A DNA stretch of 46,766 bases from positions 1-46,766 of the forward strand of contig JBOGKK010000004.1 of the NCBI GenBank assembly GCA_050745425.1. The letters run 5' to 3'. Below the pieces are notes generated by a model, which saw nothing but the letters and a program-made list of their open reading frames with translations, searched no databases and was not told the DNA's origin. This DNA comes from Terriglobales bacterium (GTDB lineage: Bacteria; Acidobacteriota; Terriglobia; Terriglobales; SCQP01). Positions 1 to 10,050 of this stretch are shown piece by piece (the stretch's first letter is position 1; the number at the start of each line of letters is the position of its first letter). The position numbers and the translations under genes were made by a program.

Positions 1-8
1 CTGGTGCA

Positions 9-224
9 CTAGGTTGTGCAGGCCACGCACACGGTGACACTGCTGAACAGGCCATTGGTGTAATTGCCGGTCACGCCCGAGTAAGCGGCAACCGGCACCT
101 GATTCTCGGTGACTGGGGGCGGGGGCGGGGGTTGGGTCACGTTGGAGCATGAACTGCCGCCGCCGCAGGCCGCCAAAGGCAAGAGCAACACGAGAACCCA
201 AGCGAAGCGAACCGTAGCTTTCAT
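9..224 (-). CDS. small putative lipoprotein (71 aa), function unknown
   Basis: N-terminal signal peptide with lipobox LPLAAC followed by GGGSS and a PPPPPPP linker. Its ATG overlaps the stop of the upstream ORF (TGATG at 222-226), suggesting translational coupling. Confidence 0.5.
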   Translation of the reverse strand: MKATVRFAWVLVLLLPLAACGGGSSCSNVTQPPPPPPVTENQVPVAAYSGVTGNYTNGLFSSVTVCVACTT

Positions 225-685
225 CAGTGCACCACCGCAGCGCTGAGTGGCGCCGGAATCGCGTTGATCAAATAAGCTCGACCGCGCAGATCGCGCATGT
301 GGCCGCTCAATTGCACCACGAGATTACCAACGTGAATCGTCAGCGGGCCGCGATGGCGGACATGGCTGGCCGCGGCTTTGCGATAGGCCTCGTAGTTGCT
401 GCCCAGAAGGGATTTCAGGTCCGGCGGCGTGATCCCTTGCCAAGCCAAGCCAAATACAGTGCCGCTGGCAGTGGCATAGGCGCGCAGGGTCACGCCGCGT
501 GGGGTTTGATACTGGCGAACAATAGCGCTCGCTTGCTGGAGCTGGCGGCGTGCAGTCAACTGCTGACCGGAATTCGCCGGCAGTGGTTGGCCCAGTACCG
601 GGAGTGAGGGTGGGGTCGCCGAGAGCGCGCACACGAGCGCGACGGCAACGGCTACGATGGCAGGAACGGAGAAAAGCTTCCGCAT
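224..685 (-). CDS. secreted hypothetical protein (possibly DUF2844-like)
   Basis: The 186-aa ORF overlaps the nrdJ 3' end. The internal start MRKLFSVPAIVAVAVALVCALSA at 685 gives a clean signal peptide and removes the overlap. The C-terminal part (TVFGLAWQGITPPDLKSLLGSNYEAY...GHMRDLRGRAYL) resembles DUF2844 proteins from memory only. Confidence 0.55.
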   Translation of the reverse strand: MRKLFSVPAIVAVAVALVCALSATPPSLPVLGQPLPANSGQQLTARRQLQQASAIVRQYQTPRGVTLRAYATASGTVFGLAWQGITPPDLKSLLGSNYEAYRKAAASHVRHRGPLTIHVGNLVVQLSGHMRDLRGRAYLINAIPAPLSAAVVH

Positions 686-747
686 ATGGCAATTGGACGC
701 AGAATTCGCCGCTGCGGGTGCTGAAACTTTGTGGCGCAGCGCTAGCT

Positions 748-3624
748 CTAGCTGCAACCACTGGTTTCGCCGCAATTCACGCATTTGTAGCAGGAGCCGT
801 TAGGCACCATGATGCTACCGCAGTTGTGGCACGGCGGCGCATCCATTGAGGTGGCAGCGCTGCCGGAGGTGATCAGTGGAATCTGTCCTGCAGTTTCGAG
901 AACTTCCTGGGCTTCGCCGCGGTCGCCGTGGAGATCCTCGACACCCCGCGGAGCGGGCGGTTGATGATCGAGGAAGCGCAGACCCATCCAGCGGAACAAG
1001 TAGTCCATGATGCTTTTGGCGTAGCCAATTTCTTCGTTCCCGGACCAGCCGCTGGGCTCGAAACGGGTGTGCGAGAACTTGTCGACTAAGAGTTTGAGCG
1101 GCACGCCATGTTGCAGGGCCAGCGAAATGGCGGTGGCAAAGCTATCCATCAGGCCGCTGATGGTTGAGCCTTCCTTGGCCATGGTGACGAAAATCTCACC
1201 GGGCTGACCATCGTCGTACATACCGACGGTGATATAGCCCTCATGACCGCCGACTTTGAATTTATGGGTGAGCGAACGGCGTTCTTCCGGTAAGCGGCGG
1301 CGATAGGGGTGGGCCGAAGGAACGGCTTCGGGCACGCTCAGAGCCGGCGCCAAGGCTGAGCTGGTTTCGGTCTTGTTGGCCGATGCGGACAGCGGCTGAG
1401 CCTTTTTGCTGCCGTCGCGATAGACGGCAATGGCTTTGAGGCCAAGTTTCCATCCGTCGGTGTAAACCTGGACGATGTCATCGACGGAGGCGTTTTCGGG
1501 CAGGTTTACGGTTTTGGAGATGGCGCCGGAGAGGAACGGCTGTGCCGCCGCCATCATGCGCACGTGTCCGGAATAATGAATGCTGCGGGTGCCGTTGGCG
1601 GGCTTGAAGGAGCAATCGAACACGGCGAGGTGCTCCGGCTTGAGGTGCGGCGCTCCCTCGATGGTACCGGTCGCGTCAATAAAGGCCAGCATGTCGTGCG
1701 TCTGTTGCGCCGAATAGCCGAGCCGCAACAGGGCTTTGTCGACGCTCTGGTTGACAATCTTGATGATGCCACCGCCGACCAGCTTTTTGTATTTCACCAG
1801 CGCCAGATCGGGTTCAATGCCGGTAGTGTCGCAATCCATCATGAAGCCGATGGTACCGGTAGGCGCCAGCACGGTGACCTGAGCGTTGCGGTAGCCATGG
1901 CGGGAGCCATGCTCCAAGGCTTCATCCCAGCACTGGCGCGCGGCCGCCATCACCGGCTCCGGTAAGTTCCTGGGAGTGAGATTGTTGACTGCGGCGCGAT
2001 GCATGCGGACGACGTCGAGCATCGGTTCGCGATTGGCAGCAAAGCCCGGAAAGGCGCCGCTGTGGCCGGGAGTGGCGAGGGCTTCGGCAATGCGCGCCGA
2101 TTGGTAATACGCCTGGCCGCACAAAATTGCGGTAAGAGCTCCGGCAAAATCGCGGCCGGCATCGCTGTCGTAGGGCGTGCCGTTGGACATCAAAAGGGCG
2201 CCGAGGTTGGCGTAGCCGAGGCCGAGCGGGCGGAAATCGTGGGAGTTTTGCGTGATGCGCTGGGTAGGATAGCTGGCGTTATCGACAATGATTTCCTGGG
2301 CGGTGATCAGAATGTCGATGGCCTGGCGATAGCCGGCAACATCAAAACCGCCGGGGCCGTTGAATTTGTTGAGATTGATCGAGGCCAGATTGCAGGCCGA
2401 ATCATCGAGGAACATGTACTCGGAACAGGGATTGCTGGCATTGATGCGGGCGGTGTTCTTCGAGGTATGCCAGCGATTCACGGTGGTGTCGTACTGAATG
2501 CCAGGATCGCCGCACTGCCAGGCGGCTTCAGCTATTTGACGCAACAGGCCCTTGGCGTCGACCGTCTTGATGGGCTCACCCTTGCGCTCGCCGGCGACGC
2601 GGCGAAGCTGAAAAGGTCCATCAGCTTCAGCGGCGCGCATGAATTCGTCCGTCACGCGGACGCTGTTGTTGGCGTTCTGGAAGAAGATGGACGAATAGGC
2701 TTCGCCGTCGAGAGCGGCATCGTAGCCGGCCTGCACCAAAGTCCACGCTTTGCGTTCCTCTTTGGCCTTGCACCAGATGTAATCCTCGATGTCGGGGTGA
2801 TCGACGTTAAGCACCACCATTTTGGCAGCGCGGCGCGTCTTGCCGCCCGATTTGATGACGCCGGCAAAGGCGTCAAAACCGCGCATAAAGCTGAGCGGCC
2901 CGCTGGCCGTACCCCCGCCGGAAAGTTGCTCGGTCGAGCTGCGGATGGGCGAGAGATTGGTACCCGTACCCGAGCCCCACTTGAACAACATGCCCTCGGT
3001 CTTGGCCAGCGTCAAAATGCTATCGAGGGAGTCACTGACGGAATTGATGAAGCAGGCCGAGCATTGCGGCTTACGGTAGCCGATAACGCCAAATTCGGGA
3101 CGATTCTGCTGTTCATCCCAAAACCAATTGGCGGCCGAACCATTCGGCTCCAGGCGGTGGACGCCGCAGTTGAACCAGACCGGAGAGTTGAAAGCCGCCT
3201 TCTGGGTGAGCATCAGGTGAACGAGCTCATCGTGAAACGTCGCGGCGTCCTCGGCGGTGCGGAAATAGCCACCCTCAACGCCCCAGTCGCGCATGGTTTC
3301 GGCCACGCGCGCGACCAGGGCGCGTACGCTGTTTTCGCGCTCCGGCGAGTGCTGTTTGCCGTGCAGATATTTGGAGGCGACGATGTTGGCGGCCGTTTGC
3401 GACCAATCGCGGGGGACCTCGATATCCTTCTGCTCGAAGATGGTCTCGCCCTTCTCGTTCTGAATGAGGGCGGAGCGCTTTTCCCACTGCACCTGCTCGT
3501 AGGGGGACTGGCGGGTGGTGGTGAAGTGGCGGCGCAGGCTCAGGCCCACACCTCGTCGCACGGCCGGCGTCTGGAGAGTTTCTGATTCGGTATTCACGGC
3601 AGGGCGGCTTAGCGGTTCAGGCAT
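748..3624 (-). CDS. nrdJ: adenosylcobalamin-dependent (class II) ribonucleoside-diphosphate reductase
   Basis: About 960 aa with typical class II RNR blocks (NPCSEY, TGTIGFMMDCDTTGIEP) and the C-terminal zinc-ribbon tail CHNCGSIMVPNGSCYKCVNCGETSGC. The ATG at 3624 is preceded by GAGGGGAG. The longer ORF start at 3648 has no Shine-Dalgarno (SD) sequence. Confidence 0.95.
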   Translation of the reverse strand: MPEPLSRPAVNTESETLQTPAVRRGVGLSLRRHFTTTRQSPYEQVQWEKRSALIQNEKGETIFEQKDIEVPRDWSQTAANIVASKYLHGKQHSPERENSVRALVARVAETMRDWGVEGGYFRTAEDAATFHDELVHLMLTQKAAFNSPVWFNCGVHRLEPNGSAANWFWDEQQNRPEFGVIGYRKPQCSACFINSVSDSLDSILTLAKTEGMLFKWGSGTGTNLSPIRSSTEQLSGGGTASGPLSFMRGFDAFAGVIKSGGKTRRAAKMVVLNVDHPDIEDYIWCKAKEERKAWTLVQAGYDAALDGEAYSSIFFQNANNSVRVTDEFMRAAEADGPFQLRRVAGERKGEPIKTVDAKGLLRQIAEAAWQCGDPGIQYDTTVNRWHTSKNTARINASNPCSEYMFLDDSACNLASINLNKFNGPGGFDVAGYRQAIDILITAQEIIVDNASYPTQRITQNSHDFRPLGLGYANLGALLMSNGTPYDSDAGRDFAGALTAILCGQAYYQSARIAEALATPGHSGAFPGFAANREPMLDVVRMHRAAVNNLTPRNLPEPVMAAARQCWDEALEHGSRHGYRNAQVTVLAPTGTIGFMMDCDTTGIEPDLALVKYKKLVGGGIIKIVNQSVDKALLRLGYSAQQTHDMLAFIDATGTIEGAPHLKPEHLAVFDCSFKPANGTRSIHYSGHVRMMAAAQPFLSGAISKTVNLPENASVDDIVQVYTDGWKLGLKAIAVYRDGSKKAQPLSASANKTETSSALAPALSVPEAVPSAHPYRRRLPEERRSLTHKFKVGGHEGYITVGMYDDGQPGEIFVTMAKEGSTISGLMDSFATAISLALQHGVPLKLLVDKFSHTRFEPSGWSGNEEIGYAKSIMDYLFRWMGLRFLDHQPPAPRGVEDLHGDRGEAQEVLETAGQIPLITSGSAATSMDAPPCHNCGSIMVPNGSCYKCVNCGETSGCS

Positions 3625-3803
3625 TTCAACTTCTCCCCTCTTGACCATACATCTTGTGGGTTACGGATTGCAGCGCACAAGCTGAGGGGCATCATCGGAG
3701 AAAATCCTGCCCTGCGTCAAGGGGAAAAACTTAGAACGCACCCAAAAGCGTGTGGCAATTATGGCACATAAGCAAGCCGTGCGCCAGTGCTGGATCGGCC
3801 CCA

Positions 3804-4787
3804 TCAGACGCGGGGAATGGGGGGTGCCTCGACCCGGCCGGAATCAGCTGGGGGTGGCGCTGAAGATTCTGGTCCGGCAGCCAGCGGTTGGAAGCAAATT
3901 TGCAGCTGGGCGGCTGGCGGACGCATGGGAGCGGCGACATCGGCACACAGCAACAGGATCAGCGCCGAGACATATGCCCACAGCAGCAGCGTCACCGAGA
4001 TGGCAAAGGGTCCGTACAGGTCCTGAAAATTCAGCCACGGCAACATCAGGATGTAGACGTATTTGGACACTTCCCACAACAAGCCAGCGATGACGGCGGC
4101 GGGCAGCACCCTGCGCACGGGCACGCGGCGATTGGGCAGCCACCAATAGACAAGGAAGAAAATGGCGATGGTGAACGGCACGGCGCTGGCGCGCACCACC
4201 GCGATGGAGAAGACATCGAGCGGAACCGAGGTTTTGTGCAGCAGTGCGGCATGGCCAAGAAAGCGGTACAAGCGCCCGGAGTAGGTTTCCGTCAACGAGG
4301 TGAAGGAGGCCGAGAGCATGCCGAGCAGTCCGCAGGCAAAGGCGAGGACGACGGAAACGCCCCAATTATTCAAGTAATTACGGTTGCGATGCACGTCCCA
4401 GACGCGGTTGAGCGCGATTTCCAGCGGCATGAACACGCCGGTGCAAGTGACGAGCAGAATCAGCAGCGAGGCAATCTGCGCCGCGCGCTGCTGCTCCACG
4501 ATGATCTGGAGGTTGTGGATGATGAAACTTTGGGTATGCAGCCCAGCCGTCTCGGCTACGGGCAAATAAGCGCGTAGAAGCTCGATCAGGCTGTGATAGA
4601 GGCGCTGATTGTGGAGGAAGTTGCGGGTCAGCGTCAGCAGCAGAACAATAAAGGGGAAAAACGACAGCAGCGCATAGGCGGCGACGGCGCTGGCGTAAGT
4701 GTGCGTCTCGGTAGCGGCCAGATAGGCCGCGGTCTGGCGCAAGCGTAAATTCCGGTAGGGCGCGGCGCCACGCAAAAGGCTCTGCAC
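3804..4787 (-). CDS. YihY/BrkB family inner-membrane protein
   Basis: 327-aa polytopic membrane protein. The N-terminal region (AAYLAATETHTYASAVAAYALLSFFPFIVLL) and the roughly 6-TM layout are typical of the YihY/virulence factor BrkB family. Confidence 0.8.
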   Translation of the reverse strand: MQSLLRGAAPYRNLRLRQTAAYLAATETHTYASAVAAYALLSFFPFIVLLLTLTRNFLHNQRLYHSLIELLRAYLPVAETAGLHTQSFIIHNLQIIVEQQRAAQIASLLILLVTCTGVFMPLEIALNRVWDVHRNRNYLNNWGVSVVLAFACGLLGMLSASFTSLTETYSGRLYRFLGHAALLHKTSVPLDVFSIAVVRASAVPFTIAIFFLVYWWLPNRRVPVRRVLPAAVIAGLLWEVSKYVYILMLPWLNFQDLYGPFAISVTLLLWAYVSALILLLCADVAAPMRPPAAQLQICFQPLAAGPESSAPPPADSGRVEAPPIPRV

Positions 4788-4860
4788 TTAGGTATTTTAT
4801 CAATCGCCGGGACGGGGCTGACGCCAGAAAGGAGTACTCAGCCGTTATACTGAGTCAGCC

Positions 4861-5472
4861 ATGCGATTCCTGCCGCGCGAAGAGAAATTCTTCGACATGT
4901 TCGAGCAGATGGGCAAGATGCTCATTGAAGGCGCCGACCTGCTCAACCTTGCCCTGGCTGATATTTCCCAGGCTCCCTTGCGGGCAGGAGAAATCAAGGC
5001 CCTAGAGCACCGGGCGGATAACCTGACCCACCAGATCGTCACCAAGCTCAACAAAACCTTCATCACTCCCTTCGACCGCGAGGACATTCACACGCTCAGT
5101 TCACGTCTCGACGACATCCTGGATCTGATCGATGCGACGACGATGCGCATTACGATCTACAAGATCGCGGTATTGCCGCCCGGCGCGCAGGAGTTGGGAC
5201 GGGTATTGGCCGCGCAGGTGCGCGAAATTGCCAGCGCGCTGGCGTTGTTGCAGCGTCCGGACGGCATTTTGAAGCACTGCATTGAGATCAACCGCCTGGA
5301 AGACGAAGCCGACCGCATATCGCGCGCCGGTATCGGTATGCTTTTCGAGAAGGAAATCAATCCGATCGCGCTGATCAAGCAGAAAGAGCTGTACGAAGTT
5401 TTGGAGCTGGCGACGGACAAGTGCGAAGACGTTGCCAACGTGATTGAGACCATCGTGTTGAAAGCCGCCTAG
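4861..5472 (+). CDS. DUF47 family (PhoU-like) protein, putative Pit accessory/regulator
   Basis: 203-aa helical protein starting MRFLPREEKFFDMFEQ, the characteristic DUF47 N-terminus. It sits 9 nt upstream of a PiT transporter, which is the conserved gene pair. Confidence 0.88.
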   Translation: MRFLPREEKFFDMFEQMGKMLIEGADLLNLALADISQAPLRAGEIKALEHRADNLTHQIVTKLNKTFITPFDREDIHTLSSRLDDILDLIDATTMRITIYKIAVLPPGAQELGRVLAAQVREIASALALLQRPDGILKHCIEINRLEDEADRISRAGIGMLFEKEINPIALIKQKELYEVLELATDKCEDVANVIETIVLKAA

Positions 5473-5481
5473 CCATCCGGC

Positions 5482-6477
5482 ATGAGCAGTCTACACATCC
5501 TCATCGTCATCCTGATCGCGGCCTTCGCGTTTGATTTCATCAACGGCTTTCACGACGCCGCCAACTCCATTGCCACGGTCGTTTCCACGCGCGTGCTCAC
5601 GCCCGGAGTCGCGGTGGTGTGGTCGGCAATATTCAACTTTGTGGCGGCTATGTTTTTGGGCACGGGGGTGGCCGCAATGGTCGGCCGCGGCATGGTTGAG
5701 CTGGCGCTGGTGAACGAGCGGGTGATCATCGCTGGCATTGCCGGCGCGATCATCTGGGACTTGCTGACCTGGTGGGTGGCGCTGCCGACCAGCAGCACCC
5801 ACGCCCTGGTGGGCGGCTATGCCGGCGCGGCGATCGCCGCGGCGGGTTGGGGCGCGATTATTGCCCGGGGCTGGATTTTGACGCTGATATTTATCGTGGT
5901 CAGCCCGGCAGCGGGGCTGGTGTTGGCCTGGTTGTTCATGGTTCTGGCGTCGTGGTTGTTCCGGCGCTCGCATCCGCGCAAGGTGGATCAGCTCTTCCGC
6001 AAGCTGCAACTGTTTTCGGCGGCGCTGCTCAGCCTGGCGCACGGCACCAACGACGCCCAAAAAACCATGGGCATTGTGACCGGCGCGCTGGTGGCGGGAC
6101 ATTTCATTCCGACGTTCAAGGTGCCGCTGTGGGTGGTGGCGATGGCGGCGACGGCCATGGGGCTGGGCACGATGTCGGGCGGCTGGCGCATTGTCCACAC
6201 CATGGGCGGGCGCATTACGAAACTGAAGCCGGTGGGCGGATCCTGCGCCGAATTCGCCAGCGCCCTGGCACTGTTTGGCAGCACGGCGCTGGGCATACCG
6301 GTCTCGACCACCCACACCGTCACCGGCGCCATCGTGGGCGTGGGTTCGGTCGAGCGCATGTCGGCGGTGCGCTGGGGCATCGCGCGCGATATTGTCTGGG
6401 CGTGGATTTTGACCATCCCGGCCGCCGCGGTCGTGGCGGCCGGGTGCTGGTGGGTGCTGGGGCCGGTGCTGCATTAA
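5482..6477 (+). CDS. pit: inorganic phosphate transporter, PiT family
   Basis: 331-aa polytopic protein carrying the duplicated PiT signature (GFHDAANSIATVVSTR in the first half, HGTNDAQKTMGIV in the second). Confidence 0.93.
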   Translation: MSSLHILIVILIAAFAFDFINGFHDAANSIATVVSTRVLTPGVAVVWSAIFNFVAAMFLGTGVAAMVGRGMVELALVNERVIIAGIAGAIIWDLLTWWVALPTSSTHALVGGYAGAAIAAAGWGAIIARGWILTLIFIVVSPAAGLVLAWLFMVLASWLFRRSHPRKVDQLFRKLQLFSAALLSLAHGTNDAQKTMGIVTGALVAGHFIPTFKVPLWVVAMAATAMGLGTMSGGWRIVHTMGGRITKLKPVGGSCAEFASALALFGSTALGIPVSTTHTVTGAIVGVGSVERMSAVRWGIARDIVWAWILTIPAAAVVAAGCWWVLGPVLH

Positions 6478-6508
6478 CAGGAAGAAGGAACTAGAATCAG
6501 GAAGAAGC

Positions 6509-6772
6509 ATGTCCGCACTCAACATCAAAGACGAAGAAGTGCGTGCGCTGGCAAAGAAGCTCGCCAATGCAACCCACCAGTCCATGACCGAGGCGGTGCG
6601 GACGGCTTTGCAGGAAAAGCTGGAGCGGGAACGCGCGCAGGATGAAAAGCGGCGGCAAAGAATCCTGCGCAGAGTGCGCGAGCTGCAGCGTGAAATAGCC
6701 GCGCTCCCGGTTTTGGACCCTCGCAGTCCGGACGATATCATTGGCTACGACGAATACGGTGTGCCGGAATGA
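6509..6772 (+). CDS. vapB: type II antitoxin, VapB family (Rv0623-like)
   Basis: 87 aa. MSALNIKDEEVRALAKKLANATHQSMTEAVRTALQEKLE is typical of VapB/PSK-type antitoxins. It overlaps the PIN toxin gene by 4 nt (ATGA). Confidence 0.85.
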   Translation: MSALNIKDEEVRALAKKLANATHQSMTEAVRTALQEKLERERAQDEKRRQRILRRVRELQREIAALPVLDPRSPDDIIGYDEYGVPE

Positions 6773-7161
6773 TTGTGGACACGTCGGTTCTGGTAGCCAT
6801 TGTGCTGGACGAAGCGGAGGCGGAGCGATTCATGGCGGCGATCATCGCAGCGGGCGTCTGCCGCATATCGGCTGTGAATTGGTTGGAGACGCAGCTGGTG
6901 CTGGAGTCGCGCACCGGCAAGCTGGGGGCACTCAAGGCGCAAGCGCTGCTGGCGGAGTTTGCTATGGAGCGATTGAACCTCGACGAGGCACAAGTAGCCG
7001 CTGCCTACCTTGCTTGGCAGCGCTTCGGAAAAGGCCGTCACCCTGCACAGCTGAATCTGGCTGACTGCTGTGCCTATGCGGCATCGGTCACCAGCGGGGA
7101 GCCGCTGCTGTTCAAGGGGAACGATTTTGCGCTCACCGATGTGGAAGCGGCGGCGTGGTGA
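6769..7161 (+). CDS. vapC: type II toxin, VapC family PIN-domain ribonuclease
   Basis: 130 aa. MIVDTSVLVAIVLDE supplies the first acidic PIN residue. WLETQ and NLADCCAYA...GNDF match the remaining PIN/VapC motifs. Confidence 0.9.
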   Translation: MIVDTSVLVAIVLDEAEAERFMAAIIAAGVCRISAVNWLETQLVLESRTGKLGALKAQALLAEFAMERLNLDEAQVAAAYLAWQRFGKGRHPAQLNLADCCAYAASVTSGEPLLFKGNDFALTDVEAAAW

Positions 7162-7165
7162 TGAC

Positions 7166-9709
7166 CTATTCACAGCGCAAGGTGCGGGCGGGATCGACGC
7201 GGGTGGCGCGGCGAGCGGGTACGAGGCTGGCCGCCAGTGCGGTGAGCAGCCAAAGGACGGCGACAGCGGCATAGGTGACGGGATCGCGGGGGCTGAAGCC
7301 GTAGAGAAGGCCGGCGAGGAGCTGACCAAGGGCGAGGGCAAGGGCCAGGCCGGCTGCCAATCCGATGACCGCGAGCTTGAGGCCGTGACGCACCACTCCG
7401 GCCAGGACCGTGCGGCGCTGCGCACCAAGCGCCAGGCGGACGCCGATTTCGCGGCGGCGGCGGGCGACCTGATAGGCGAGCACACCATAGAGTCCAGCGG
7501 CGCCCAGCAAAAGCGCCAGCACCGCCGCCAGTACGAACAGGCCCGTGATGGAACGAGGGGAGCGGAGGGCGGCCGCGGTCCAAACCGACAGCGGCTCCAT
7601 ACGGCTGATGGCTGTCGCGGGGGCGACGGACGCCACGACGGCCCGCAGCGTCGCGGCATTGAGAGCGCGGCCGGATGCGGAGCGGATCACCAGGGTCAGG
7701 TCCTTAGGAGGTGTCGCGCAAGGGGCGCACGCCAGCATGGGATGGGCATAGGGCGAGTACACGCCAAAATAGGACGATGCGGGCTCGCTGCCCGGCACGG
7801 CATCAACCTGGACATTACCCACAATGCCGATGACTTTGCGCCACGTGTGCTCCCCGTCAGATTTGAACAACTGGCCCAAGGCCGACTTGCCGGGCCACAG
7901 ACGGGCGGCGGTTGCGCGGCTGAGAATCGCCACCGGCGGAGCGCCGGGCACCATATCGCCCGGCGCGAACCGGCGGCCGCGCAGTAGCGGAATGCGCATG
8001 GCAGCGAAATAACCGGGGGTGACGATTTGACCGAAGGCAAGCGGGTGGCGCTGCCCGCGCGGCGTGGGATGAGCGGCGATCTGAAACGTCGTCACCTCAA
8101 ACGAGCCGCCCAATGGCAGCGCGTTCACAGCCGCGGCGCTCGTAACCCCGGGTAGGGCGCGGACGCGTTCGACAATGGCCTGGTATAGCGACTGACAACG
8201 GGCAGCGGGCTGACATTGCAGCGGATTGGGCGCCAGCCGCGCGGTCAGCACGCCCGCACGATCGAAACCTGGATTCACCGCCGCCAGCGACTGCAGGCTG
8301 CGGGCATTGAGGCCGGCAAGCACGACCAATAGAGCTGACAGCGCCACTTCGATCACCACCAAAGGAGCGGCCGCGCCTGCCTGGCGTGCCGCGCGGCGGC
8401 GGCTTTCGCCCCGATAGCCACAAAACCCGAAGGCAACGGCACACAGCACCGCGACCGCGGCAACCAACAGCCATACGCGGCCGTCAAGACTCACCGCGGC
8501 AAGGCGAGGCATGCCAGGCGGCAGCAACTGCTTCAACAAGGGCAATCCGGCAGCAGCCAAGGCGATGCCGGCAGCGGCGCCGAGCGCCGCCAACAGCAGA
8601 CTTTCGGTGAACAACTGCCGCAACAGACGGCCGCGGCCGGCGCCAAGGGCAACCCGCAAGTCCATCTCACGGCGGCGCGTGGCGGCGCGGGCCAGAATCA
8701 GGTTGGCGACGTTCACGCAGGCAATCAGCAACAACAGGCCGACGGCGCCGAGCAGCAGCCAAAGGCGCGAGGCGATAGAGCCCACGAGCATGCTGCGCAA
8801 GGGCACCAACGCAGCGCCCCGGAAGGCGTCGGCGGGCATGGGCCAGCCATAGGCTGCGAGCAACTGGGGGCGCAGGCTGCGCCACTCCGCTCGCGCACTG
8901 TGAAGCGATACGCGCGGGCGCATGCGGGCGATAACAGGCATGTAGGTGCCGGCCCAATACTGACCCGTTGCTGCGGGATTGAGGTCAAGGGGAATCCAGA
9001 AGCGGGTCTGGGCCGAGGGGAAGGCAAAACCTGAGGGCATGACGCCGACAATCTCGCGGGCTGCGCCGCCGATCTCAATGATGCGGCCGAGGACGGCGGG
9101 GCTGGCGTGGAAGCGTTGCCGCCACATCAGGTAGCTGAGAACGACTTCGCCCTCATGACCGGGTTGATCATCGCCGCGCGCGAAGGTCTGACCGAGCGCG
9201 GGTTTGCTGCCGAGGACGGTAAACCAATTGGCCGAGACCGCATTGCCCGTCCAGCTTTCCGCCAAGCGGCCCTCGCGGAGATTGTAGCTACGGCCGGGCG
9301 TATAGGCGGCAACATCGAGCGTCCGGGCCTGGCTGCGCAGCCAAGCAAAGGCGCCAGCGGGATACCACTGGTCCGCCGCGACGAGCTGGTGGGGTTGCGG
9401 GTAAGGCAGCGGCCGCAGCAGCACGCCATTGACGAGACTGAACATGGCGGTGGTCGCCGCGATGCCGAGAGCCAGAGTGAGCACGGCCGCGAGCGCAAAG
9501 CCCGGGGCACGGCACAGGCCCCGGATGGCGAAGCGGAGATCCCGCACCGCATCATCAGCCCAACGCCAGGCCCACTGGTCGCGCACGGCCTCGCGGGTGG
9601 CATCGGGGGCGCGGTCGCGGCTGCCCGGCGGAAAGCCATCGGCGGCGGCGAGGCGACGGTGGGTGTCCATTTCATCGTTCAACTCGCGCCAGCGGCGGCG
9701 GAAGCTCAT
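7166..9709 (-). CDS. ADOP-family duplicated orphan ABC-type permease (two MacB/FtsX-like halves)
   Basis: 847 aa with two repeated halves, each a TM plus large periplasmic domain plus FtsX-type 3-TM bundle. The N-terminus ([15 protein letters not shown]...[17 protein letters not shown]) is typical of this family. ATGA overlap with the upstream PadR gene. No ATPase gene is adjacent. Confidence 0.9.
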   Translation of the reverse strand: MSFRRRWRELNDEMDTHRRLAAADGFPPGSRDRAPDATREAVRDQWAWRWADDAVRDLRFAIRGLCRAPGFALAAVLTLALGIAATTAMFSLVNGVLLRPLPYPQPHQLVAADQWYPAGAFAWLRSQARTLDVAAYTPGRSYNLREGRLAESWTGNAVSANWFTVLGSKPALGQTFARGDDQPGHEGEVVLSYLMWRQRFHASPAVLGRIIEIGGAAREIVGVMPSGFAFPSAQTRFWIPLDLNPAATGQYWAGTYMPVIARMRPRVSLHSARAEWRSLRPQLLAAYGWPMPADAFRGAALVPLRSMLVGSIASRLWLLLGAVGLLLLIACVNVANLILARAATRRREMDLRVALGAGRGRLLRQLFTESLLLAALGAAAGIALAAAGLPLLKQLLPPGMPRLAAVSLDGRVWLLVAAVAVLCAVAFGFCGYRGESRRRAARQAGAAAPLVVIEVALSALLVVLAGLNARSLQSLAAVNPGFDRAGVLTARLAPNPLQCQPAARCQSLYQAIVERVRALPGVTSAAAVNALPLGGSFEVTTFQIAAHPTPRGQRHPLAFGQIVTPGYFAAMRIPLLRGRRFAPGDMVPGAPPVAILSRATAARLWPGKSALGQLFKSDGEHTWRKVIGIVGNVQVDAVPGSEPASSYFGVYSPYAHPMLACAPCATPPKDLTLVIRSASGRALNAATLRAVVASVAPATAISRMEPLSVWTAAALRSPRSITGLFVLAAVLALLLGAAGLYGVLAYQVARRRREIGVRLALGAQRRTVLAGVVRHGLKLAVIGLAAGLALALALGQLLAGLLYGFSPRDPVTYAAVAVLWLLTALAASLVPARRATRVDPARTLRCE

Positions 9710-10050
9710 GAGCCTGCCTCCGGGGCGCGTGGGGCAAGCACGCCTGCAACGGCGGCCGTCATGCGTTCCCAGCGGGAGCGCTCGACCGCGAGACGGCGGC
9801 GCCCGGCGGCGCTGAGGCGGTAGACACGCACGCGTTGGCTGGCTTCGGAGGTTTCCCAGCGCGCGGTGACCAGCTTTTGCCGCTCGAGGCGGTGCAGCGC
9901 CGGATAGAGCGAGCCGGGATCGACGCGCAACGCCGCACCCGAACGCGCCTGAATGGCAACGCCGATGCCGTAGCCGTGCTGCGGCCCCCAGCGCAGGGTT
10001 TCGAGCACCAGAAGATCGAGCGTTCCGGGAAGGATGGGGATGGCCGTCAT
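9706..10050 (-). CDS. PadR family transcriptional regulator (acidobacterial type)
   Basis: 114 aa. [24 protein letters not shown]...[16 protein letters not shown] is the PadR winged-helix signature. Translationally coupled to the ADOP permease. Confidence 0.92.
   Translation of the reverse strand: MTAIPILPGTLDLLVLETLRWGPQHGYGIGVAIQARSGAALRVDPGSLYPALHRLERQKLVTARWETSEASQRVRVYRLSAAGRRRLAVERSRWERMTAAVAGVLAPRAPEAGS

Noticed and set aside
1999-3585. 528-aa ORF on the plus strand, antisense to nrdJ
   Set aside because: It lies entirely within the strongly supported nrdJ gene on the opposite strand. The translation is low-complexity (Ala/Gly/Arg-rich), as expected for stop-depleted shadow frames in GC-rich DNA.
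3625-3803. Possible NrdR boxes or a cobalamin riboswitch in the nrdJ leader
   Set aside because: The best NrdR-like candidate (CCACAAGATGTATGG just upstream of the start) matches the AT-rich palindromic consensus only partly, and no properly spaced second box is visible. I could not find a B12-box-like core, and a B12 riboswitch is not expected for a B12-dependent RNR. Undecidable without a covariance or PWM search.
5491-6741. 416-aa minus-strand ORF covering pit and vapB
   Set aside because: It is antisense to the PiT transporter, which has unambiguous family signatures. Its composition is Arg/His/Gly-rich and non-protein-like.
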